From Planctomycetota bacterium (lineage in GTDB: Bacteria > Planctomycetota > B15-G4), in contig JBQTIY010000007.1 of the NCBI GenBank assembly GCA_052387675.1, positions 68,691-132,690 on the forward strand: a DNA stretch of 64,000 nucleotides, written 5' to 3'. Positions 53,339-61,802 of this stretch are shown here, piece after piece. Position 1 is the first letter of the stretch, and each line of letters opens with the position of its first letter. The notes beneath the pieces are model-generated. The model was not told the origin of the DNA. It worked only from the letters and a program-made list of their open reading frames with translations, and did no database searches. Position numbers and translations under genes: made by a program.

Positions 53339-54730
53339 TCAGCCGCCTCCCAGGAAGGTGCCGCGCATCTCCATGGGCTGAGCCATGAGCCAGAGGGCAG
53401 CCGCGAGCAGGGCCGCCAGCAGCGCGGCCCACGGCAGGAAGGCGCGCACGGTGCGCGCGGGAGCCAAGTCGGCGGCGATGCGCCAGCACACGCCGAGCGA
53501 GAGGAAGAAGCCTAGGAGCAGCAACCCGGTCTCGATCGGATCGACGCTCTCGGCGCGCAGTCCGCCCAGCCCCCAGGCCGGCTGGCCGAGCCAGGCTGCG
53601 CCGAAGGTGTCGAGCACGGTCTTCTGCGCGACGGGCACGACGGTGAACAAGCCGGTGAGCAGATGGAAGCCGTAGTGCGCCAGCCAGACCCCGAAGCCCA
53701 GCGGCACCAGACCCCACGCAAAGCGCAGCAGCGTCGCCGACCAGGAGCTGTCGAGCCGACCCCAGCGACGGCTCGCGGCCGCGCAAAGTCCAAGCAGCAC
53801 GACGGGCTCCACCACCAGCGCAATGGCAAAGAGCAGCCCCAGCACGGCGGCTTCCGAGTTCAGGCCCAGGCGCCCGGCCATCCATGACTGCAGCGCGTAG
53901 ACCGGGCTCACCATGCCGAAGGCGTTGAGCAGCGCGCCGAAGACAAAGACGATGGCGAGCCACGAGAAGTGCGCTTGGCGCTCCGGCTCCCCCACGCCCG
54001 AGCGTGAGCCCGTGGCCCACAGCTCCGCCGCCGGCAGACGCACCGCGAGCGTGACGTTGTCGTGCGGACAGGCGCGCACGCAATCCATGCAGTACGTGCA
54101 GTCGAGATTGCCCACCTTGCGCGGCAGGAAAAGTCCCAACTCGCAGCCGCGCAGCTCGGGCTGGCCGGGCCGCCCGGAGATGCAGTCGTGTGTCGTGCAG
54201 CTCGTGCAGACCGCCGGATCGCGCACCTGCACTTCTGTCGGCGACGCTGTGGAAGCCACAAAGTTGAACTGCCCGATCGGGCAGACCCACTTGCAGAAGG
54301 AGCCGCCGCGAAAGAGCGTGTCCACCAGGACGGCCGCCGCGAAGTAGCCGATCACCAGCCAGGCTGTGACCCAGGGCGAGGCCCAGAGGTCGAAGAGTTC
54401 GTAGGCGAAGAGCAGCGCCACGAGCAGTCCGATGGCCAGCCACTTTGTGCGCAAGGCCGCCGGCCAAGTGAAGGCCGGGCGCAGGAAACGCCGCGCCGCA
54501 TCACGCACCAACATGAAGGGGCAGGCGTAGCAGAAGACATTGCCGATCACCAAGAGCCCGGCGACGAGCAGACCCCGCCAGTGCACCCACACCAGGAGCG
54601 TGGAGAGATTGCGCGGCGCCAGTTGCGGCCCGCGCAGTCCGTGCCAGATGAGCACGGCGGCCACGAACAGCAGGGCCAAGCGCGCCACCCTGCGCACCGC
54701 CAAGGAGCGCAGCACGTGCCGGAAACTCAC
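53339..54730 (-). CDS. Membrane-bound polyferredoxin, CcoG/FixG/NapH-like
   Basis: The protein is polytopic. It has CxxCP and CxxxCP motifs (CYACP, CKWVCPIGQFNF) and [4Fe-4S] motifs (CTSCTTHDC, CTYCMDCVRACP). Confidence 0.85.
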   Translation of the reverse strand: MSFRHVLRSLAVRRVARLALLFVAAVLIWHGLRGPQLAPRNLSTLLVWVHWRGLLVAGLLVIGNVFCYACPFMLVRDAARRFLRPAFTWPAALRTKWLAIGLLVALLFAYELFDLWASPWVTAWLVIGYFAAAVLVDTLFRGGSFCKWVCPIGQFNFVASTASPTEVQVRDPAVCTSCTTHDCISGRPGQPELRGCELGLFLPRKVGNLDCTYCMDCVRACPHDNVTLAVRLPAAELWATGSRSGVGEPERQAHFSWLAIVFVFGALLNAFGMVSPVYALQSWMAGRLGLNSEAAVLGLLFAIALVVEPVVLLGLCAAASRRWGRLDSSWSATLLRFAWGLVPLGFGVWLAHYGFHLLTGLFTVVPVAQKTVLDTFGAAWLGQPAWGLGGLRAESVDPIETGLLLLGFFLSLGVCWRIAADLAPARTVRAFLPWAALLAALLAAALWLMAQPMEMRGTFLGGG

Positions 54731-55176
54731 GAGCTGCGCACATGCGGCACGTCCAGGCGGCGCTGCAGCGTGCGGCCGTCGGCCAGTTCGATGTCGATCA
54801 ACACGAACCAGTCGCCGCCCATGGTGAACTGAAAGTCCGCAACGTAGCGGCCCCCGCCCGCGGCCTGCGCCTCCGCGAAGACCGGCACCATGCCGGCGTG
54901 ATTCATATTGGCCTCGAGCCGAATGCTGGCCCCTGCGAGCGGCGTCGCCGGATCCTCCAGCAGCTCGAGACGCAGACGCGTGGGGCCGACCATCGGGGGC
55001 GATGGCTCAAGAGCGTGAACGAGCCGCACGCTGGGGTGGCTCTCGCTCGGCGCGGGCGGCGCACAGCCCGCCACTCCGAGCAGCAACGAGAAAAGCGCGA
55101 GCGCCAGCAGAATGGTTCTGCTGACGCCCGCGCCCCTTTGCTCTCGAACTCTTGCTCTCCGGGAGCCGGTCACGCA
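54727..55176 (-). CDS. YtkA-like (CtaK-like) lipoprotein
   Basis: A start at ATG 55176 gives a signal peptide with the lipobox LLGVAGC. The domain is IRLEANMNHAGMVPVFAEAQAAGGGRYVADFQFTMGGDWFVLIDI, the YtkA-like pattern with a Met/His-rich loop. There is a 4-nt overlap with the downstream polyferredoxin gene. Confidence 0.62.
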   Translation of the reverse strand, partial: CVTGSRRARVREQRGAGVSRTILLALALFSLLLGVAGCAPPAPSESHPSVRLVHALEPSPPMVGPTRLRLELLEDPATPLAGASIRLEANMNHAGMVPVFAEAQAAGGGRYVADFQFTMGGDWFVLIDIELADGRTLQRRLDVPHVRSS

Positions 55177-55181
55177 CATCC

Positions 55182-55772
55182 TCAGGCGGACCGGTTTCCG
55201 GGCAGTTTCACGGCACAATCACAGGAGTGTTGGGCCTGCTCCGCTTGCGAGGGGAACAGGTGGTAGTACATGGCCACGACCATCGGCACGAAAACGATCG
55301 TGTTGTAGATCAGGTGCAGTTCGACGCGCGGCACGATGAGCTGCACGAAGCTGAAGGGCACTGGCTTGCCAAACAGGTTGGCGCCGAGAATCGGCTGCGC
55401 CTGCAGCACGAAGTGCTCGATGTGGTGCCAGAACTGAATCACCAAGGCGATCGTCCACCAGGTCCGGGCGCGGCCCTTGAAGCCGTCGCGCAGCATCCAG
55501 AGGAAGGCGAGCATCACGAGCGCGTAGCCGTAGTGCATCAGCTCGGACTTGACGAGCCAGGGATACCAGAGCCCCAGCACGCCGCGCGCATCGGGCGGTG
55601 CCCAGCCCATGACGTAGATCTGGAAGGTCTGGGCCAGGTGCTCGGCCCAGTGGGCCAGCACGATAAAGAGGAAGACGTAGTTGGCCTTCTCGTGCCATTC
55701 GCGATTCAGCTTCTGCATCAGCGTCGGCGTCGCGCCGCGCGGCAGAGAGGCTGTGTGGGCAGACGTGGTCAT
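55182..55772 (-). CDS. His-rich integral membrane protein of unknown family
   Basis: The start at ATG 55772 is preceded by GGAG. There are 4-5 TM helices carrying LAHWAEHLAQ, MHYGY, FWHHIEHF, ELHLIY and YYH. The C-terminal tail is HSCDC. I recognise no family. Confidence 0.6.
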   Translation of the reverse strand: MTTSAHTASLPRGATPTLMQKLNREWHEKANYVFLFIVLAHWAEHLAQTFQIYVMGWAPPDARGVLGLWYPWLVKSELMHYGYALVMLAFLWMLRDGFKGRARTWWTIALVIQFWHHIEHFVLQAQPILGANLFGKPVPFSFVQLIVPRVELHLIYNTIVFVPMVVAMYYHLFPSQAEQAQHSCDCAVKLPGNRSA

Positions 55773-56117
55773 GCTGGAGACTCCGAAGAGAGTGTGCGGC
55801 GCCGCCTCGTCCTGGCCGGGCGACGTGCCGCGGATTGTCGGCCAAAGCGGGCGGCAGGCTAGGTGCAAAGTGCCAAGCCCGCCACCCGCAGCGGTGGCTT
55901 TTCCTCAGGCGAAACCATGATTCCTGCGCTTCGGGCGCGGCAGCCACCTGGAGTCGGGCGCTCTGCCGGGTGCAGCGCCCGGGCGCCCGTAAACAGTCAG
56001 GCGAGCCCATAAACATTTCCCACCCAAAACAAATCTGTCACGGCCACGCCACGACCCCCTGCCCCGCGCCGGCGACCGGGAGCGCTAGCATCGCCGCCAA
56101 CCCTTTGGAGGCCCCCC

Positions 56118-56345
56118 ATGTCCAAGTCCCATCTGCGTTCCACTCTCGCTCTCAGCGCGCTCGCCCTCGCGCTCTCACTGCCGAGCTGCATCTTCGTCGC
56201 CGGCGAAGGCTGGCAAGATGCCGACGAGCTCGGCCACGGCAAGCTCAGCAAGTACGAGAAGCTGGAGAAGCGCGTGGCCACGCTCGAGAAGCACACGCTG
56301 CATCAGTGCACGGACGATTGCCCGCTCTGTAAGCCCGCGCCCTAA
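56118..56345 (+). CDS. Small lipoprotein with C-terminal HxHQCx3Cx2C motif
   Basis: A GGAGG Shine-Dalgarno sequence is present. The lipobox is SLPSC. The C-terminus is EKHTLHQCTDDCPLCKPAP. Confidence 0.5.
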   Translation: MSKSHLRSTLALSALALALSLPSCIFVAGEGWQDADELGHGKLSKYEKLEKRVATLEKHTLHQCTDDCPLCKPAP

Positions 56346-56521
56346 ACGCTCAGTGCGCCCGCGGATGGGCGCATAGTGCGCCCGCGGCGGGGTCTCGGCG
56401 GTGCCGCTCAGACACCTCGCCGACTCGGCCGCTGCGGCCGAGAGGTCGGCTCGGAACTCGCGGCACACCGACCCCCGCCGCGTCGCACCCCGCTGCATTG
56501 GCGAAAGGCAGTTGGCGACCG
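56346..56521 (+). repeat. Structured intergenic repeat, copy R5 (5' module duplicated)
   Basis: It starts immediately after the TAA stop at 56343-56345. The 5' hairpin module is present twice (ACGCTCAGTGCGCCCGCGGATGG, then GCGCATAGTGCGCCCGCGGCGGGG). The central loop is CTG. Confidence 0.9.
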
Positions 56522-56556
56522 AGGTGTGCCCAAGCGGCCGCGCAAAGGGGTCCGCG

Positions 56557-58752
56557 TCAGTCGTCGTACTTGAGCACGACAAACATCTGGCCGATAGCGA
56601 AGCCCTCCGACGCGGACTGGAAGGCCAGCTTGGACAGGGGATGCGTCGTGTCGCTGCGCTTGCGCGTCCAGGTGCCCGAGTCGCGGAAGAGCACCGCGCC
56701 CTTGTCGCCGCCCACGCGCACGTTGGTTCCCGAGTTCAGCACCTCGACGTCGTATAGATGCTCTGTGACCTCGAAGCCAAACTCTTCGCCGGAGGTGGCC
56801 TCCTCCGGCACCTTCACGAAGTTCCCGGTCGACCTCACGAAGACCGCGCCGTTCTGGCCCACCGCGATCGCCTCCGAGCCGTCGCCCCAAGTCTGGACGT
56901 CATACAGCGTCTCTCCCGAGCCACCTGTCGTTCCCACCTCGCGCCAGTTCACGCCGCCGTCTGTGGTCTTGTAGATCGTGAGATTGACGCCCACGACGTA
57001 GCCCACGCACGGCGTCGCGAAGGACACGCCGTGCAGATCGTTCTCCGTTGGCGAGCTCAACGTGACCCAACTGACGCCATAGTCCTCGGACTTGAGGATG
57101 CGCCCGGTGTTGCCAACGGCATACGCCGTCTCGGGCTCGGTGCAAGCGCCCGTGCTCTCGCCGACAAAGATCACCGCGTTGAGATCGGGAGTATTCGTCG
57201 CACTCGCCTGGATCCAGTTCGTCCAAGGATCGCTCGGCGACGAGGCATTGTCGGTCCGCGCTCTGAAGCCCGCAGAGCCCACGACCACGCCGTGCAGGCC
57301 GTCGCTCGCGAACGCAATGCCATTACCCCAGGTGCCCTCGATAGGCTCCCAGCTTGTCTCGGCTGCGGACCAGGTCGCTCCGCCATCCTCCGTGTAGCGG
57401 GGGAGCCAGCCTTGGCCGATGATGCAGCCCGTCGTGCCGTCGAGGAAGGCCCCGTCGTTGATCCGCATCGGCGCCGTCGAGCCCACATCGGTGTAGCTGC
57501 CGGTGCCTAAGTTGCCCTCGGAGTCGTAGATGCCAATCCGGCCGAAAGAGCCAGCGAGACAGACCTTGGTGTTGCTGATCCGTGCGCCAGCGAAGAAGGG
57601 CGTCCGATTGCTGAGCGGATCGAGCGGGTCGTAAGCCGTGTCCTTCTGCACCCACTTGGGTACCTCAGAGGATGTGCAGTTCTCGATCGTCGTCGAGCAC
57701 GTGCACGGGTCGAAGTTCACCGTCCCGTCCTCGTACTCCATCAGATAGCCGGCGTAGCCGCTCGCGATCTTGCGCTGAGGCGTGCTCGCGGCGTCCAGCA
57801 TCTCCAGCACGTAGAGCGTGGGGATTCCGCAGATGACCGCCGCCTTCTCAAGCTCATCCGTCTCGAACTGGTAGCAGCTGGACTGGCTCCAGGTGTTCTC
57901 GCCGCCGCCGCCCGTGGAGCGGAAGATGTAGCCAGTGTTCTCGCCCGCGCCGCCGGCCACCCAAATCGGTGAGCTGGCGTCGGTCGGATCGTCAAAGGCG
58001 AACGCCCAGAACTCCAGGTTCTGTCCCCCGGCGGGGCAGTAGGTCGGGGCATCCGAGCGCACGTCGACCTCGGTCCAAGTGGCGCCGGCATCGTCGGTCA
58101 GGAAGATCCGGCCGTACTCCGAGGCCAGGATGCCTTTGTCGTAGGGATCAAAGCCGGTGCCCGAGTCCTCGAAGAAGTGGATCACATAGGCGTCCCAGGG
58201 ATCTTCGCCCGGGTCGAACTGTGCGCTCACGTTGTCGGCCACGTTGGTCCACGCCAGGCCGCCGTTGACGGTTTTCGCTATGGCGCCGTCTTCGCCGACT
58301 GACCAGCCTACTGTCTCGCTGATCATGAAGATGTCGTAGAGGACGGCTGGCACGTCGTTCGCGTCGAGCACGCGATTGCCGCCGGACTGGCCGTTCCAGT
58401 CTTCCCAAACCCTGCCATCCTCTTCCGAAACCGAGCGCATCACTACGCCGCCATCGCCGACGCAGAAGATCTGGTCACCCGTGACCGCAAACATCCCACG
58501 CAGCGGCACGCGGATCGCTTCGTTTGTCTCCGCGTTCTCGATCTCTGCCTCCTCCCAGGCACCACCCCCGTTCTCCGTAAAGTGGATGCGCGAATCTCCC
58601 GCAACAAACCCGTCGGTGGCGTTGACGAACAACGCCCCCTCGTACTGGCCACCTTGCAGGTGCCGGAAGCGCGGAGTCTGCGCTGCTGCCCACGGGGAGA
58701 CTGCGCCAACGGCGCAGACGAGGAGCGCAATTCGAAAGACCTGCATGGTCAT
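56557..58752 (-). CDS. BNR/Asp-box (Ycf48-like) beta-propeller repeat protein, secreted
   Basis: It has a signal peptide (MTMQVFRIALLVCAVGAVSPWAAAQ). Multiple sxDxGxTW-type Asp-boxes are present (ENGGGAWEE, VNGGLAWTN, TDDAGATWTE, TEDGGATWSA, EDYGVSWVT, TDGGVNWRE). Confidence 0.8.
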   Translation of the reverse strand: MTMQVFRIALLVCAVGAVSPWAAAQTPRFRHLQGGQYEGALFVNATDGFVAGDSRIHFTENGGGAWEEAEIENAETNEAIRVPLRGMFAVTGDQIFCVGDGGVVMRSVSEEDGRVWEDWNGQSGGNRVLDANDVPAVLYDIFMISETVGWSVGEDGAIAKTVNGGLAWTNVADNVSAQFDPGEDPWDAYVIHFFEDSGTGFDPYDKGILASEYGRIFLTDDAGATWTEVDVRSDAPTYCPAGGQNLEFWAFAFDDPTDASSPIWVAGGAGENTGYIFRSTGGGGENTWSQSSCYQFETDELEKAAVICGIPTLYVLEMLDAASTPQRKIASGYAGYLMEYEDGTVNFDPCTCSTTIENCTSSEVPKWVQKDTAYDPLDPLSNRTPFFAGARISNTKVCLAGSFGRIGIYDSEGNLGTGSYTDVGSTAPMRINDGAFLDGTTGCIIGQGWLPRYTEDGGATWSAAETSWEPIEGTWGNGIAFASDGLHGVVVGSAGFRARTDNASSPSDPWTNWIQASATNTPDLNAVIFVGESTGACTEPETAYAVGNTGRILKSEDYGVSWVTLSSPTENDLHGVSFATPCVGYVVGVNLTIYKTTDGGVNWREVGTTGGSGETLYDVQTWGDGSEAIAVGQNGAVFVRSTGNFVKVPEEATSGEEFGFEVTEHLYDVEVLNSGTNVRVGGDKGAVLFRDSGTWTRKRSDTTHPLSKLAFQSASEGFAIGQMFVVLKYDD

Positions 58753-58770
58753 TCCCTCAAGAGTGAGTGA

Positions 58771-61389
58771 CTATTGGGAGATCAATTCGAGTGCGTTGCT
58801 GGCGCTCCAGCCTGCGAAGGCGCCGGGATCCTGAATCCAGAACTGCACGTAGAGCGAGATGCCCGGCGGCGCACTGGGCCACGCGAAGGGCAGATCGAGC
58901 CCGCCGGTGGCCGTGGTCGCAAGCGGCAAGAGGACCGTCGGATTGGGCACCATCGTGCCGCCCTTGAACGGAATCTCGATCGCCGGGAGACCGGCAACGA
59001 GCATCGCCGTGGCAAGGGGCTTGGCTCCGCGCACCGAGAGCCGCGCTGGTGAACCGGGCGTCAAGTCGCCCTTGCCAGCGAGGTACGGGACTTCCGTCGA
59101 GCCGACGAGGCCACCGCCGAGGACGCGCCACGGGGCGACCATGAATCCGGAAAAGCTCACGGCCGCCAAGTCGCTGCTTCCGCCGTTGTAAGTCGAATCA
59201 TACGCCCCCGGCGTCGTCGGCATCGTCGACGAACTCGAATTCAGGGCGGCGTAGACATGCCCCTGTGCATCCAGGCCGACTTGGGCAAGCAACTCCGAAC
59301 CACCTCCGCCAAAGTACGTGGAGTACTCCAGCGTCTCGCCGAACACGTCGAGGCGCGTCAGAGTCATGTCGGAAGCAGGAAAGCCACCAGCGTAGGACGA
59401 CTGATAGGCATCATCCGTCACAGGATAGGTAGCTTGGTTTGAGTGCCCGCTCACGAACGCGCTGCCAGCCCCATCGACGACCACGCCAGTCTTGCTGCTG
59501 GGGGAGCTCGTGCAACAGGCGGTCAGATACGTTGACCAGACGAATCCCGTCGCCCGCGGAAGCAGCTTGGCAACATAGCCAGAACCTCCAGACACAGAGG
59601 TCGTGTCGAATGCACCGGCGGTGAGAGGAAAGTCGGTGGACCCCGTCCATCCGGAGATGTAGACGGCGCCTGCCACGTCGATGGCGAGATCCTGGATGAC
59701 GTCCGAGTTGTCGTCACCGCCGATGTACGTCGCCCAGTGCAACTGAGTACCCGACCCGTCGAGCTTCGCGACGTACGCGTCCGACGTGCCGTCGGTGCGC
59801 TCCTTGAGGACACCCGGAGTCACCGGTAGCGGCTGATCTTCGCTGAAGACGCGGCCTGCGAAGTAGACAGACTCCGTCGCATCGATGGCGACACCCGAGA
59901 CCGTACTGCACCGAAAATAAGTCAGAAACAGTTGCTGCGTGCCATCGGCGGAGATGCGCGCGAGGTAGTGCTTGCCGACTTCGTGCACGGGGTCGAAGGC
60001 GCCAGGCGTTGCGACCGGCAGGCCACCGGTCAGGAAGGTATCGAAGGGCTCGGCTGTAACGAAGACGTCACCATTGGGATAGAGCCCGGAGTCCCGCGCG
60101 CTCTCGCTCGCGTCTCCCCCGTGATAGGTCGCCCAGAGGAGATCGCTTCCATCGGCTGACAGCCGCGCAATGAACACGTCGCTGTCGCCGGTCATGACCG
60201 GCTTCCAGACCCCAGGCGTCGTCGGGAAGTTCGTTGAAAACGTTCTGCCGGTGAGGACGACAGAGTCAGCCTGGTCAAGATGGCCAGAGAAAAGCTCCTC
60301 AGCATCCGAGCCGCCGAGGTATGTGCTCCAGAGCAGCGTGCTGCCATCCGGCGAAAGCTTTCCGGCCCAACCATCCAGGCTTCCGGCGCCGGTCGGTTGG
60401 TAGGCGCCAGGAGTGGTTGGACCGCTGTAGGAGCGTGCCACGAGGAGGACCTCCCCGTTGGGCGAGACATCCATGTCTTCAAAGCTCTCGTTGCCGGAGC
60501 CGCCGACATACGTGGCATAGGCCAGGCTCGGATCGATGACCAAAGCCGCAGTCGGATCGCGACCCGGCGCCTCGAAGCCGAAGCGAAGGAGGCTGGTCTG
60601 GCCGGCCTCCCCACCGATCTCGGCTCCGGCCAAGCGGAAGCGACTCGGCACTGACACTTGTGCGCCGGTGACTGGATCCACTTGCCACGAGGCCTCCAGT
60701 CGCTGCTCGACGCGGCCGGCGGAGGTCTCCAGTGCGAGCACTGTGCCGTTCTCGATCTCGGCCGCCGTGGCGCCTTCGATTTCGAGCGTCAGCGCGCCGA
60801 GGTCGGCACCGGGCGCCGCGTGCACGTCGTAGGCGAACCACTCCGCGCCCGTGCGCACGACGAGGTCGATGCCCGGTGCGACGTCAAAGTAGACGACTTG
60901 GTCGAAGCCCGGCACGTGGCTCGTGCTGCCGCTCCCAAAGTGGAAGTGGTGCTGGGTTGGCCGCTGTCCCTCTCCCTCGATACTTTGTGGTGCAGGAAAA
61001 CGGATGGTGAGCGGCGGCCCTGGCACGGCGATCTGGTGCGGCTCTAGACCGAGGCGTTCTTGTTCTTCGGTCAGTGGTGGTGCTGCCCGCGACAGCGGGT
61101 GGAGGACCAGCGCGTCGCGCAGCAGCACGGCCTCGATACCGCCCTTGCGCGCGAGAAAGCGCACGTCGGGATGCCACTGGCCGCGGTTCTCCACGAAGCC
61201 GTTGAGTGGTGAAATGGGAGCGGCAGGCCGAACCTGGATACCGGCTGGCTCGCTCTTAACTCTGGCCGGATCAGCCAGCCCCGCTTGTCCCCAAGCAGTC
61301 GCCGCAAGGATCGACAGCATGACCAGCGCGCGCCATGGATCTCGCTGCGGCGACGGAGGCCCCCCCGCCTTCCCTTGCGGAGTACCCAT
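58771..61389 (-). CDS. SBBP beta-propeller-repeat protein with shared C-terminal module
   Basis: SBBP-like units repeat (YATYVGGSGNE..., WSTYLGGSDAE...TGRTFSTNFPTTPG, WATYIGGDDNSD...SGWTGSTDFPLTAGAFD, YSTYFGGGGSE...). The C-terminal module reads ...PFKGGTMVPNP...WPSAPPGISLYVQFWIQDPGAFAG.... The start is uncertain, either ATG 61389 or 61320; the listed 61527 start runs through a poly-G tract. Confidence 0.82.
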   Translation of the reverse strand: MGTPQGKAGGPPSPQRDPWRALVMLSILAATAWGQAGLADPARVKSEPAGIQVRPAAPISPLNGFVENRGQWHPDVRFLARKGGIEAVLLRDALVLHPLSRAAPPLTEEQERLGLEPHQIAVPGPPLTIRFPAPQSIEGEGQRPTQHHFHFGSGSTSHVPGFDQVVYFDVAPGIDLVVRTGAEWFAYDVHAAPGADLGALTLEIEGATAAEIENGTVLALETSAGRVEQRLEASWQVDPVTGAQVSVPSRFRLAGAEIGGEAGQTSLLRFGFEAPGRDPTAALVIDPSLAYATYVGGSGNESFEDMDVSPNGEVLLVARSYSGPTTPGAYQPTGAGSLDGWAGKLSPDGSTLLWSTYLGGSDAEELFSGHLDQADSVVLTGRTFSTNFPTTPGVWKPVMTGDSDVFIARLSADGSDLLWATYHGGDASESARDSGLYPNGDVFVTAEPFDTFLTGGLPVATPGAFDPVHEVGKHYLARISADGTQQLFLTYFRCSTVSGVAIDATESVYFAGRVFSEDQPLPVTPGVLKERTDGTSDAYVAKLDGSGTQLHWATYIGGDDNSDVIQDLAIDVAGAVYISGWTGSTDFPLTAGAFDTTSVSGGSGYVAKLLPRATGFVWSTYLTACCTSSPSSKTGVVVDGAGSAFVSGHSNQATYPVTDDAYQSSYAGGFPASDMTLTRLDVFGETLEYSTYFGGGGSELLAQVGLDAQGHVYAALNSSSSTMPTTPGAYDSTYNGGSSDLAAVSFSGFMVAPWRVLGGGLVGSTEVPYLAGKGDLTPGSPARLSVRGAKPLATAMLVAGLPAIEIPFKGGTMVPNPTVLLPLATTATGGLDLPFAWPSAPPGISLYVQFWIQDPGAFAGWSASNALELISQ

Positions 61390-61445
61390 GACAGAGAGCC
61401 TACAGCAATCGGCTCTTGACCGCTCCCAGGAAGGCGTCATGGACG

Positions 61446-61457
61446 CCCCCCCCCCCC
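61446..61457. repeat. Homopolymeric C12 (G12 on the coding strand of the downstream gene)
   Basis: This is a direct read of ggacg-cccccccccccc-gag. It lies 57-68 nt upstream of ATG 61389. Confidence 0.95.
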
Positions 61458-61802
61458 GAGTATCCTGACTTCGCCGTCGCCAGAGCGGCCCGGAACGCCA
61501 AAGCGCTCCCAGCACTACTGCGGTCAACCCCTCGCGTTGTCGCTGCCCTCGTCATCGAACGACTCCCGAAGTCGCAATGGCTACGCCCGCCACGTTTGGC
61601 GCAGGGAGGCAAGCCGTCACGAGGCCCAGGTGTACTCCCACTTCCTAAAACTCGGCAAGAGGGAAAGGGTGTCTGAAACGAAGTTATTAGCGCCTTCATG
61701 CGTGCCGGCGGGCTGCCCGACCAAGACAGAAGTCCCTGGCAGCCGCGGAGCGTCGCTCCGGGTCGCCGCAGAGCGGAGCCCGGGGCAGCCGCGCGGAGCG
61801 GC

